A DNA stretch of 64,000 nt from Pelagomonas calceolata (taxonomy: Eukaryota), in NCBI GenBank assembly GCA_918797485.1, contig CAKKNE010000006.1, positions 3,410,001 through 3,474,000 of the forward strand. Direction: 5' to 3'. The position numbers and the translations under genes are program-made. Below the pieces are notes generated by a model. That model saw nothing but the letters and a program-made list of their open reading frames with translations, was not told where the DNA came from and ran no database searches. Positions 43,106 through 53,518 of this stretch are shown piece after piece; position 1 is the stretch's first letter, and every line of letters begins with the position of its first letter.

Positions 43106-43490
43106 ATAGCTCGCGAGCGCGCCCCCGGGGCAGCTAAAAGCGAGAGCGGCTGCTAAAACGAGCGCGCCCAAGCCTCATGCGGCCTCAGCCAGGCCTTGGT
43201 TGCTTCATCGTCGTTTGGGCAGCCGACACCTTGCTCATGGGCAGCAATAACTGCCTTCCAGGCTGCCCCACCGCGTTCTAGATCTTGAGCTGCGGCATCC
43301 CTAGTGTCTTACAGGCCGCTAGCTCTATACGTGCAGTACCGTAAGAATAATGCCTATACGTGCCTAATTAGTCGCAGAGGATGCGCCGGTCCCGATGGGG
43401 AATGAATGGGGGGGGTGAATTGCGCCATGGGGCGAGCACCGTCGCGGCGGCGGCGATGTCGATGGTGCGTGGGCGCGCGTGAGCTTCATA

Positions 43491-44462
43491 TTAAGCTTCG
43501 GGTTCGAATGCGAGTTCTTTTTCACGCTCCGCGCGCAATGTAGAGAATGGACTCAACGGAGGCGGCCGTTCGGCCTCCTCAGGTTCGGGCTCTGCGCGCC
43601 CGAACCACCAGCTTTTCGCGGGCGGAGGAGGCGGCTCCTCGGCTTCTCGTTCGGCTTGCGGCTCAGCTTCCGGGGCGATAGAGAGGACGGTGGCCTCTTC
43701 TTCTGGAGCCGGCGTGGGCCCCTCTGGTTCCTCCAGTGGCTCGAGGTTTGACTTGGTGCCCTCACGGCGGCGGCGTTCGCAGCAAAATCCAACGATGCAT
43801 AGTCCTAAGACCGCGACGCAGGCTATGATGACGATGACCAGCGTGGCGTCGTCTTTCCGTTTCTTCTTGTTGGCCGGCATGGCGCTCGGGGCGTGAGTCG
43901 CGGTCGGGGCTGCGGTCGGGACATTGACGCACGTGTACATCTTGCCGTGTCCGTGGGACCCGACAAAATCCGAGGTCCAAGTGGAACCGTCCCAATGCGA
44001 TTCGGGACAACCATTTTCCGACACAGTTGTCACGGAGCCGTCATTGTAGCCAAGCTGCTGACAGAGCGCCGTGGCATCAATCTGCTTGTCGGGCGCATTG
44101 CACATCCCGCCACCCTGAGAGCAGCAGCTGCCATCGTAGTAGCATTGGTTGATCGACGAGACGCCGTGGCACGAGCGCATGGTGTTACTGCTATCATCAG
44201 AGGAAGAAGAACCAAAGGTAATGCCCGTACCAGTGTCTGTGCAGCTGAAAGTGGAAGGGTCGCAGTCGAGATAATGACAATTACTACAGCCGATACAACC
44301 GATGAACTGAAGCTCATTGTTGGTGTAGGCGCCAAGGGCGACGCCGGAGGCAGCATAACCCCAGACGGTGCCGCTGTAGAGGATGTCGCTGCATTGGGCT
44401 GCTGGTGTCACACAAGGAATCGTGCTTGTGGCCAATAGCACTCGCAGCATTTGTGTCTTCAT
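43491..44462 (-). CDS. Single-pass Cys-rich surface protein
   Basis: Signal-like N-terminus, Cys-rich ectodomain, 'NKKKRKDDATLVIVIIACV' TM, Pro/Glu tail. Confidence 0.75.
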   Translation of the reverse strand: MKTQMLRVLLATSTIPCVTPAAQCSDILYSGTVWGYAASGVALGAYTNNELQFIGCIGCSNCHYLDCDPSTFSCTDTGTGITFGSSSSDDSSNTMRSCHGVSSINQCYYDGSCCSQGGGMCNAPDKQIDATALCQQLGYNDGSVTTVSENGCPESHWDGSTWTSDFVGSHGHGKMYTCVNVPTAAPTATHAPSAMPANKKKRKDDATLVIVIIACVAVLGLCIVGFCCERRRREGTKSNLEPLEEPEGPTPAPEEEATVLSIAPEAEPQAEREAEEPPPPPAKSWWFGRAEPEPEEAERPPPLSPFSTLRAEREKELAFEPEA

Positions 44463-44707
44463 CGTTGCTTCATCGTTTGGGCAGCCTTAACCGACTTCTA
44501 GGCTGCCCCACCGCGGTCGAGTCTCGAGCTGCTAGTGTCTTACAAGCCGCTAGGTCGCAGCTCTGCGCGCTTCGCCCTTCTGAGTCCGCAGCGGCTTTCC
44601 GGGGGCTCTCAGGACATATTCCTCCAGCTATTTTCACGCCCTGTCTGTTGCCAGGAGTTTTACGCGCCGCCGCTGTGTAAATCCGGCAAGCGCTCTCAGC
44701 CTTTCAA

Positions 44708-45784
44708 ATGGACGGCGCCAAACCGATGCCTTCCGCCGCCGACAACGATGCCTCCGGCGCCTCGGAGGCTGCGAAACGGCCGCGGGAGGACGACGCCGCG
44801 CAAGACGAAGCCAAGCGGCCGCGCGCCGACGACGCGCCCGCGCCGACCAACAACGCCATGCAAGACGCCACCGCTGCGCCGGTCCCCGCGCAAGACGCTG
44901 TGCCGGACGCGCAAGACGCCGCCACGCGCCAGAACCTCGAGGCCCGCTACGTCGGCCTGACTTTTATTGATGACGACGCGGCGGGCGAGGGCGCGCGCGA
45001 GATCGTTCGGATCGACAAGGCCGGCGCCGTGTGGACGGTGGTCGCGGCGCAAATCACCAACAAGGAAAACGAGCAGCCCTACCTCGTCAACGAGGCGTTG
45101 GATGCCATGGTCGACGCCTACCGCTGCCGGGGCGACGCCCGCCACGAGACGTGCGCCTGCCCGCCGCCGCGCGGCCACACGATCGAGGTCCTCTGGGAGG
45201 TGCACGACGAGGAGACGAATGAAGCGAGAGACGTCTGGTGGCGCGCGGTTGTCGGCGAGGAGGACGGCAGCGGCCACGCGCTCGACAACGGCGACGTCGT
45301 CCTACGGAAATATTCTGTAGAGTACGTCGCGCGGCCGGAGCTGTCCGAGCCGGCGCCGGCCTCATACAATGTGTGCTTCCTCTCGCCGCGCGCTTTATTA
45401 GATTGCTCGGGTGATGTGGTCATGCAGTGGCGGTCCTTTGGCAGTAATGATCAGCCGGACCCCGCGCTCGTCGAGGCGTCGCTGGACGCGGACGTGGAGA
45501 ACGCGCTGCCGATAGCCCAGCCGCGGACGCCCGCCGGGAATGTGGACGAGAGCGTGGATGTGGTCGTGGCGCGGGTCATCGGCGACCACAGCGCGCGCAT
45601 CCAGAGCCTGCCGGCGGACCAGCAGTGCGCCGTCGCGGATCGGGTGGTGGACGCGAAGGAGCGGCTCAAGGGCGCGTTGAAGGCCCATTTACTGGCGCGG
45701 CCCGATCCCGCGGCGCCCGTGACCCCGGAGGACGTGCATGCAGCCGTGCGGTCCATGGCCGCCGCGCGCCCGGACGAAGGGTAA
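44708..45784 (+). CDS. Hypothetical protein
   Basis: 358-aa ORF with strong GC3 bias; 'IEVLW...WWRAVV' may be a Tudor-like barrel. Confidence 0.6.
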   Translation: MDGAKPMPSAADNDASGASEAAKRPREDDAAQDEAKRPRADDAPAPTNNAMQDATAAPVPAQDAVPDAQDAATRQNLEARYVGLTFIDDDAAGEGAREIVRIDKAGAVWTVVAAQITNKENEQPYLVNEALDAMVDAYRCRGDARHETCACPPPRGHTIEVLWEVHDEETNEARDVWWRAVVGEEDGSGHALDNGDVVLRKYSVEYVARPELSEPAPASYNVCFLSPRALLDCSGDVVMQWRSFGSNDQPDPALVEASLDADVENALPIAQPRTPAGNVDESVDVVVARVIGDHSARIQSLPADQQCAVADRVVDAKERLKGALKAHLLARPDPAAPVTPEDVHAAVRSMAAARPDEG

Positions 45785-45801
45785 AGCTCTGTACAACTAT
45801 T

Positions 45802-46641
45802 TTAAGACTGCCCTTCCCCGGGCGCGCACGACTTCTTCGTCGCGCGCCGCCGCTGGTCCGAGCCGCGGCGCTCCGCCTCGCCGGCGGGTCCGCCCCCGTC
45901 GAACGTTTCCGTGAAGTCGAACTCAACGGTTGCCGGCGGCTGCCCTGGATCGGGCGTCGGGGGGTTCGCCGAATTCGGCGGCTTGCGCTTTCCCCCGAGT
46001 TCCGCGGGCCCCGCTCGAGGGGGAGGCGGCGGCGTGCGCTCGCGGGACGGAGACCGACGAAGAGGCGCGGGCCGCGGTACGGCGCGCTGGGGGGCCGCGG
46101 CCAAGGCCCTCGCAGACGACTGAGCCAAGAGCGAGGTCGAGGCAGGTCGTCTTTGCACCTCCCGGAGCGCCTTCTCGGCCGCCCGGCGTGCCTTGCGCTC
46201 TTCCGCGAATTTAGATTGAAGGGCCAGGTTGCCCCGGTCGGCGATGCGGAGCTCCTCCTCGAGATCGTCGGCGCGCTTCCTTTCTGCGACGGTGCACGCA
46301 TCCGCGTCGCGCGTCTTGCGCTCGGCCGCCTCGCGCGCCTTGCGCTCGGCCGCCAGGCGCTTCTCCAATTCCGCCGCGCGCCGCTCCGCTTCGGTCGCGC
46401 GTTGTGTCGTCGCCGCGAGCCGGGCTCGGAGCTCCGCGTCGTTACCGCCGTCGAGTTGCATCGGCTCCGCGCCCGCCGGCGCGGCGGCGGGCTGCGCGGC
46501 GCCCGCGGAACCGTTTTTTGCGTCTCGCAGCGCTTGCGCGATCGCAGCCTTCGATGCCTCGAGGGTGTCTGCAAAATCGTCCGTGGGCCCAGACGCTGCA
46601 TCCGCGAACGGTCGCATCGCTGCCTGCAGTGCTTGAATCAT
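45802..46641 (-). CDS. Coiled-coil hypothetical protein (start uncertain)
   Basis: Heptad-rich A/E/R segment followed by a Pro-rich tail. Confidence 0.5.
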   Translation of the reverse strand: MIQALQAAMRPFADAASGPTDDFADTLEASKAAIAQALRDAKNGSAGAAQPAAAPAGAEPMQLDGGNDAELRARLAATTQRATEAERRAAELEKRLAAERKAREAAERKTRDADACTVAERKRADDLEEELRIADRGNLALQSKFAEERKARRAAEKALREVQRRPASTSLLAQSSARALAAAPQRAVPRPAPLRRSPSRERTPPPPPRAGPAELGGKRKPPNSANPPTPDPGQPPATVEFDFTETFDGGGPAGEAERRGSDQRRRATKKSCAPGEGQS

Positions 46642-46880
46642 CCTGCTCGTGTCGATTGACGACGAATGCTGCCGCCGCGGAGGAGCTCACCCACAAAAAC
46701 GCTGCAGCCGAAACCCGCGCGATACTGAAAACGCATTAACATCGTTGTGGGCGGCCCGCGGACTCGTTCGGGGCCCCCCGGGAGGATTACTAGTTCCGCC
46801 TTCACCGCACGCGTGCGTTTTTGCGTTGCAGTGCTCTTGTTGACAGTGCTCTTGATTGACAGATCGATTATTCAGTGATT

Positions 46881-47261
46881 ATGGCGGGCGCTCTCGTGTC
46901 GCACCTCATTCAATTCATGATCAAGCACCCGGAGGCCGCCGCGTGTTTCGTCCTCGGGATTTTCACAGGCATCATTTTATTGATCCTCTACAGCTACGGT
47001 GCGTTCTCGCGAGTGGAGACGGCCATCTGTGACCTCTTCTCAATCTCAGAGGTCAGACATTTCATCGGCATATCGATTAGCTTCATCGTCGGCGACAAGC
47101 AGCTCGCCGCGCGCCTCGAGGACTACGACGAGATGATCATTCCGTTCCTCATCAAGGCCAAGGACCACCTCGCGCGCGCCGGCCCGGCGCGGCCGGGCCA
47201 GCGCATGATTATGGCCGGTTCGGCCACGGCCGACGCCGACCGCGCCGACGGGAACGTCTAG
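46881..47261 (+). CDS. Small hypothetical membrane protein
   Basis: ORF with the hydrophobic helix 'CFVLGIFTGIILLILYSYG'. Confidence 0.4.
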   Translation: MAGALVSHLIQFMIKHPEAAACFVLGIFTGIILLILYSYGAFSRVETAICDLFSISEVRHFIGISISFIVGDKQLAARLEDYDEMIIPFLIKAKDHLARAGPARPGQRMIMAGSATADADRADGNV

Positions 47262-47547
47262 ACGTGTCCGCGCGCACGTCGGGTAACACTGTAAATAGAC
47301 GAACTTCCACCATAGCGTGCCGGCAACTCAGGACGCTTCTTCCGACGCCGCTCGGCTCTACGAGCCCGCTTCTCCTCGGCACGATCTTTGATTCGTTCTA
47401 GTGGTTGTAAGACACTAGCCAGCACCAGATATTATTGCATTGCAGTCGGAGTGCCTGCTAAAGCAAAGGTTTCTCGATTGAATCGCTGCTGGAAATTCGC
47501 TCCGCGCAGCGCTTCCAGCCCGCCTCGAAAGCGCGCGCGCCGGCATC

Positions 47548-49650
47548 ATGATGCCGCGCCGCACCCTCATCCTCCTCGCCCTGCTCGGCGTCGCGGCGGC
47601 GTCGTGGCGCAATGCCGCGAAGCTCGCCTGCGCCGGCGCGTTCCTATCAGCAGTACTCAATGGCGTCGTCGACCGCATCCACGGCATCGTCGACTACTCC
47701 TGGAACTCGCCGCCGCCGCCGGAGAGCTGGAATCGGACGCTCGCGCCGGAAGAGCTGGAGGCCATGAACTCCGCCATGCGCAACCTGTCGGCTGCCCAGG
47801 CCCAGGGCTACGACGCGTTCGTAGCGAACTACAACTTCACGAAGAAGACAGTCGAGCTGGCCCTGCGCGGGCAATTGCCGACGGAGCAAGAAGACTGCTC
47901 GAACCCCGACGTGCCGCTGCAGGCGCCGACGACGGCGCCTGACGTCGTGCCGATGCAGGCGCCGACGACGGCGCCGACGAGGACGCCCACGGGCGCTCCC
48001 GCGCGGCGGCGGCACCGGAGACGACCGCTCGCGCCCGCGTCTCTACCTCTCGAATCGCATCAGTGACTCGTTTGACTCGTTATGTGCGCACAGGTTCACG
48101 CGGGTGAACCGGCGCAAGCCGGCACATAATTGGCCTGCTTGTCGCGGCACCGAGCTCTGCGCCGACAAAGGCCTGATCGAGGCGCACCTCCTCGTCCTGG
48201 GCACCTTCGATGATCTGGAACAAGCAAAGGCGGAGCTTTTGACGATGGTTTCTACTATATTTGGACCCGATACCTGGGACGCGCGCCGTCAGGCGCAGAT
48301 CGTGGAACTTTTCCGTCTGTACTCTAATGGGAACGTCGCGCTCGGTCCTTTAGTAGATAAGGTACTCGAGGCGCGCGGCGAGCTGGGCGCCTTTGATCCG
48401 GGAGGTATACTGGAAAATATAGGAGAAGCTCTCTTCCAAGCCGGCCTCGTGGCAATCGAGGACGGCGTTCTCGTCGATGGTCCGCGGCTCGTACGAGCAC
48501 GCGATGCTTTAGTGGAGAAGCGGGGCTACAGCCCCGACTCGAACGCGGTCCGGTCGTTAACTGTCGAGACCACGCTCGTCGTGTGGTTTAATTTGGTGCT
48601 TTCGGATCTGGAACTGCAGAAGGCAGTGCCGCTGCTCGCAAGCGCCAGCGCCTATATTCTCAGAACCTTCTTCGCGGTTTCTACTGTTCTTCACTCGTCT
48701 ACCTTCAGCTATCATAACTCACTGTTGTTCCACGCAGGTCTATCCCCATTGCTTCTGGGGCGCATACTCGATGGTCGCCGTGCAGAAGTTCCCGGGCCTG
48801 CTGAACGACTTCTGGAAGGCTGGCGCCGGAGAATCGCTCACGTTGGTGGCTTCGGGCGACAAGTCCGCCTACAAGCTCATGGTCAAGGCCTGCGCCGACG
48901 CCTACCCCTACGTGATCGTTCGTGGCGCGCTGTGTCGAATTAAAAGGTCGTCTTCTATGAGACACGCCGCGTTGATGGCTGCGTCGCGACGACGGCAGCG
49001 TTGCGTCGATGGCGCCGCGTCGATGGCGCCACGTCGCGTCGATGGCGTCATGTCGATGGCGTCGCGTTGATGGCCGCATCGACTGTGTCGCGTCCATGGC
49101 GTCGCTTCGCGTCGATGGCGTCGTGGCTTCGAGAGCGTGGCGCTGGACATGGCCTCGACGTAGCCCAACGAGAGTCGAGCTGCTCGCGCCGACGCTGCGA
49201 CTCGTCGATTTCCACACAGGTCGCCTGGAGAAGTCCTTGCTCAAGGACCTCCACGACGAGAAGAAGATGCAGAAGAAGCTCTACGACGCGATCAAGGGGT
49301 CCGACGAGCAGTGGACGTTGGTCTTCGCAGTGAAGGACGTGGTCGTGAAAAACGGTGCGGATCCTGGGATTCGCGCCATCTACTACGTTGAACTACCCGC
49401 GGACGAGACGTTTTCGACGGTGGGCCTGCAGAAGATCGACAACGTGCCTGCTCTCACGACGCCTTTTGCGTATTTGACGGTCGCCGTAGCTCAGGCCGGA
49501 CGGGCGCAAGCGGGCGGCTCTATCGTCGTCGTGTTCAACGAGAAGTTCGCGCCGCGGAAGGCGCCTCGCACTACCCAAGGCTTGCCGTTCGGCTACAACG
49601 ACAAGGAGCAATACCTGAGGGCGTGCCTCGAACAGGGGCGCGTCCTTTAG
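47548..49650 (+). CDS. Multi-exon hypothetical gene (introns ending at 48093, at 48677-48737 and at 48922-49219)
   Basis: ORFs 48104, 48771 and 49009 join in phase at GT-AG sites; the donor linking ORF 47548 is uncertain. Confidence 0.5.
48922..49227 (+). mobile_element. Older introner (48930-49219) with internal GCGTCGATGGC repeats
   Basis: Ends CTGTGTCGAATTAA ... TCGATTTCCACACAG; TSD GTGGCGCG/GTCGCCTG (5/8); phase-1 intron. Confidence 0.75.
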
Positions 49651-49936
49651 CGTGTGACCGCGACGTTTCCATCAAAATGAATCAGGGCCACGAATAGCGG
49701 CTCGCAGCCGCTCGCGTGGAATAGCAGAAGTATTAATCGTTCTGAATTGTATATGGGGTTACAACAGTCGCTGCGGTCCGACGAGGAGAGCGTGCGATCG
49801 GAGCAGGAGGGGTATTGACGTAAGATATCTCACTATTCTTCAGCCGGTTCGCACGCCTCGACAGCGAGAACTAACGACTGAGGAACACACCCTCGCGGCT
49901 CCCGGAAGCTCCGCGGACAAACCTGCGCGTTCCGAT

Positions 49937-50060
49937 CAGGCTCAGGCTAATTACGTCGCGGGGTCCCCCGTACCCCTCCCGCTCCCCCCGGGCCCACCCA
50001 GGCTCAGGCTAATTACGTCGCGGGGTCCCCCGTACCCCTCCCGCTCCCCTCGGGCCCACC
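49937..50060. repeat. Tandem duplication, 2 x 62 bp
   Basis: caggctcaggctaattacgtcgcggggtcccccgtacccctcccgctcccc(c/t)cgggcccacc occurs twice with one mismatch. Confidence 0.92.
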
Positions 50061-50309
50061 CGTCCGGCTGGACTAGGACGCAGCCGTATTGCTAGTATCT
50101 TACCGCTAGCTCGATGGCAAACGGCGCGGCTGATCACGGATTTTGAGTCAGTCAGTCGCTCCGCTGGGAGCTGGTGCACCACCGCTCGCCCCCAAATTTG
50201 AATCTCCGCCCAGCTGCTCGAAATCCAGCCGCGCCGCGTGCGCAGCCCACCGGTCACCGCTCCAGCCCAAGGAAGGGATTGCGGCGCGCGCGACCAGACC
50301 GCGGCGCGC

Positions 50310-52475
50310 ATGCTCAACAGCATCACCAACATGGGCAAGAAGACCAAGAAGAAGGCCGCGCCGCCGCCGCCGCCGCTGACCAGCGGCCAGCGCGTGCGCT
50401 ACCAAGGCGCCGAGGGCTTCGTCTCCAAAATAAACGGAGACGCCTACGAGATCGCGTTAGATGGCGGCCGCGTCGTCCAAGCGACGAGAAACGACCTCGA
50501 GCCCATCCACCGCCGTTTGTCCACGAAGCAGCCGTCGAACAAACTCTCGTCGACGCGGTCGTCCACCGAGCTCGATTACAGGGGCACGAACTTCGAGGAC
50601 TTTCCGGACGAGGCCTTACCTCTCATAGAAGTGTCGGACGACAAGGAGGTGTTGAAAGTGAATGAGGAAGCTGTTGAATTGTTGAGAAGGATCGACTGCG
50701 CGATTTGCCCCATTTCCATTGTTGGTCTTTATAGGACCGGGAAAAGTTCATTGTTGAACTTCCTGCACGGCGGCAAGGCCGGCTTTCGCACGGGCCATTC
50801 CGTTTCGAGATGTACGAGAGGCGTCTGGATTTATGGAAGGCCTACAAGGGCTACGTTAGGGGATGGGACACAAGTAGCAGTCGTCCTCCTAGATACGGAG
50901 GGCGTCGGCGGCCTAGAGGCCGATAGGAGGTACGACGAGCGCATCTTCGCATTAGCAACACTACTTTCTGCGACTCTTGTGTATAACTCGCTCGGTAGCA
51001 TCGATGAGAACGCAATTGGTCAGTTAAGTTTCGTGGCCCAATTGTCGCGGCACGTGCGCTTCGCTCCGAAAGAAGATAATGATGTTGATGAGGGCGACGA
51101 GGCCGAGGAGGACGCGCGACGCTTGGGTGCTGTTATGCCCGCGTTCACGTGGGTGCTGCGGGACTTCGCGCTGGAGCTCGCGGATGAACGGGGCGACGCG
51201 ATCACGGCGGATGAATATTTAGATCGGTCCTTGAGGCCCCAACGGGGCTTCGAAGCTGCTGTGCTCGAGAGGAATCGCGTGAGACACGTGCTCGGGGCGT
51301 TCTTTCCCAAGCGGCAGTGCCGGACGTTGGTGCGGCCGGTCCACGACGAAGCTAAATTGCAGCAGGTCGATTCTTTGTCCCCAGAGGAACTAAGACCGGA
51401 GTTTCGCAGAAACCTGGAGGAGTTAAAAGACGCGCTCTTCGCGCCCGAGCACGTCAAGCCCAAGTGCGCGCCCGGTTCCAATGCACCGGTCTCGGGAAGT
51501 GCCTTCGTGGACCTCGCGCAGCAGTTCGTCGAGGCCATCAACAATGGGGGAGTACCCGTCGTCAGTAGCGCGTGGGACCACGTTTCTCAGACGGAGTGCA
51601 CGCATGCATCCAAAGAAGCTTTGCAGTTGTACAGTGAAGTCTCGCTAGATCTGCCTCTCGATGAAGTGGAGTTACATGCTCTGCTCGAGAAGGCTGAAAA
51701 TGACGCCCTGAGTGCCTTCGACGCCCGAGCTTTAGGTGACGCGCGACCGGAACACCGGAAGGACCTGAAAACACAACTCGCGAAGAAGACGAAGGACTGG
51801 CGTAGTCGTAATGATGCGGCGTCGCAGGACGCGTGTCGGAAATCATTGGACCAACTGTACATGGACGTGGTGTTTGAATCTCTGCAGAATTTGGGGAAAG
51901 AGGAGGCCGGGGCCACGGACGCTGCTATGAGGTTGGAAGATGCCTGGAGCGAGCTGAGGAAGCGGTACGCGAAGGATCCGAGGGCGCGGGGCCCGGCGCG
52001 CGATCGAGCCTTGGCGTCATGCTTGTCGATGAAGTGGCCCGAGGCGGCCCACGAGCTGGCGCGTCGACTGGAGCAGCGGTGCGACGAGGCCGTGCGGAAG
52101 GAGCACGACAAGTTGGTCGGGGCGCGCGCCGAATTGGCTGAATTAGAAGGGAGTGCTGCCGCGCGCGCGAGGATGCTCGAGGACGCCCAAGCTGCATTGG
52201 TGTCGACGCAGCTCGAGAAGGCGCGCCACGAAGCCCGGTGCCAGGCCGCGACGCGCAATCTCGAAGAGGTGCAGAGAAGGAGCGACCGCGACAAGGGACG
52301 GTGGGACGAGGAAAGGAAAAGGTTGGAGGTCGAGCTGGAGCGGTGCCGCGCGAAGCTGAGCGTGGCGACGGAGAAGGTCAACAACCAAGAACGAGCGAAG
52401 GAGGATTCCATGCGGGCGCTGCCGTCGCCGTCCAATACCGCGGGCAAGGGGGGGTGCGCCTGCGTCGTGGCGTAA
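50310..52475 (+). CDS. Guanylate-binding protein (GBP/atlastin family) with a coiled coil and CaaX box
   Basis: 'SIVGLYRTGKSSLLN', 'CTRGVW', 'LLDTEG', 'WVLRDF'; ends CVVA-stop. Confidence 0.92.
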   Translation: MLNSITNMGKKTKKKAAPPPPPLTSGQRVRYQGAEGFVSKINGDAYEIALDGGRVVQATRNDLEPIHRRLSTKQPSNKLSSTRSSTELDYRGTNFEDFPDEALPLIEVSDDKEVLKVNEEAVELLRRIDCAICPISIVGLYRTGKSSLLNFLHGGKAGFRTGHSVSRCTRGVWIYGRPTRATLGDGTQVAVVLLDTEGVGGLEADRRYDERIFALATLLSATLVYNSLGSIDENAIGQLSFVAQLSRHVRFAPKEDNDVDEGDEAEEDARRLGAVMPAFTWVLRDFALELADERGDAITADEYLDRSLRPQRGFEAAVLERNRVRHVLGAFFPKRQCRTLVRPVHDEAKLQQVDSLSPEELRPEFRRNLEELKDALFAPEHVKPKCAPGSNAPVSGSAFVDLAQQFVEAINNGGVPVVSSAWDHVSQTECTHASKEALQLYSEVSLDLPLDEVELHALLEKAENDALSAFDARALGDARPEHRKDLKTQLAKKTKDWRSRNDAASQDACRKSLDQLYMDVVFESLQNLGKEEAGATDAAMRLEDAWSELRKRYAKDPRARGPARDRALASCLSMKWPEAAHELARRLEQRCDEAVRKEHDKLVGARAELAELEGSAAARARMLEDAQAALVSTQLEKARHEARCQAATRNLEEVQRRSDRDKGRWDEERKRLEVELERCRAKLSVATEKVNNQERAKEDSMRALPSPSNTAGKGGCACVVA

Positions 52476-52546
52476 GGGGACAGTTTTCTATACCATGCGC
52501 GGCGATGGCGTAAAGCATACGCACGTCTAGAACACAAATTACAAGC

Positions 52547-53518
52547 CTACGCCATCTTCAAAACCCAAGCCACGACCCGCTCGCTCAGCGCCGCCACGAG
52601 CGACACCGTGTGGAACACGTGGCCCCGCTTCGGGTCGAGGCCCTCGAAGAGGACGACGTCCTTCGGCGGCGCCAGCGTGCCGTACCACTTTAAAGCAGCA
52701 TGCTTGGCGGCGTACTGGTCCCGCGTGCCCCAGACGAACAGCTTCGGCTTTGGAACTGAAGCGTAGCCGCGCCACCGCCCCGCCGCGTGCGGCAGCGTAA
52801 GAAACCAGAGATAGTCGCAGGGATACGAGATGCACACCATGCCATCCACCTCATCAAAGCGCCCGGCCGCCGCCGCGGCCACGGCGGCGCCGAAGGACAC
52901 GCCGACCACGTAAACCCGAGACGCGCCGAGCTGCGCGCGCGCCCATCTTACAACAACTCCGCAGTCCCGGACCTCGCCGTCGGGCTCCATCAACGACGCT
53001 GAACCGCTAGATTGCCCCGTGCCGCGCTGGTCGTATCTAATGGAAGCAATTCCGTCGGCGGCCGCGCGTCGCGCGATGCCGCACAGCTCCGCCATGTCCG
53101 ACGTGCCGCCCAGCGCCGGGACTAATACCAAAGCCGTCTCCGACTGGATCCCGGCCACGACGCCGTGCAAGGTGTCACCGTCGGCGCCCTCCAGCGTCAC
53201 GCGCCGCTCGTCGATGGCCTGGTGGACGAGCGCGGCCTTGGCTGCGGCGCGCGCTTGGATGGAGTGCTGGCGGCGCTGCGCTATTACAGTTTCGGGCGGG
53301 CCCTGGCCCCAGGCGCGCGCCCGCTCGGCGGCCTCGAGCGCCCGCGCGGCCTCGTCGGCCGCGCGCGCGGCCGCCGTCCGCGGCGCGTGGCGCGCGACGT
53401 CGACGACTTCCGGAGCAGCTTCTGTGGCGGGCCAGGCGGAGAGGCAGCCGACGAGGTCGCCCATGGTGTCGTCGCGCGCCGCGTCGGCGGCAGCCTTCCT
53501 CTTTGCAAAGGGCTCCAT
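52547..53518 (-). CDS. Alpha/beta hydrolase
   Basis: 'RYDQRGTGQSSG', 'GVSFG' nucleophile elbow, 'GTRDQY', 'GHVF'. Confidence 0.85.
   Translation of the reverse strand: MEPFAKRKAAADAARDDTMGDLVGCLSAWPATEAAPEVVDVARHAPRTAAARAADEAARALEAAERARAWGQGPPETVIAQRRQHSIQARAAAKAALVHQAIDERRVTLEGADGDTLHGVVAGIQSETALVLVPALGGTSDMAELCGIARRAAADGIASIRYDQRGTGQSSGSASLMEPDGEVRDCGVVVRWARAQLGASRVYVVGVSFGAAVAAAAAGRFDEVDGMVCISYPCDYLWFLTLPHAAGRWRGYASVPKPKLFVWGTRDQYAAKHAALKWYGTLAPPKDVVLFEGLDPKRGHVFHTVSLVAALSERVVAWVLKMA

Noticed and set aside
48677..48737. Intron ending TTCCACGCAG as a further introner
   Set aside because: The 3' end is TIR-like, but there is no convincing TSD or 5' TIR.
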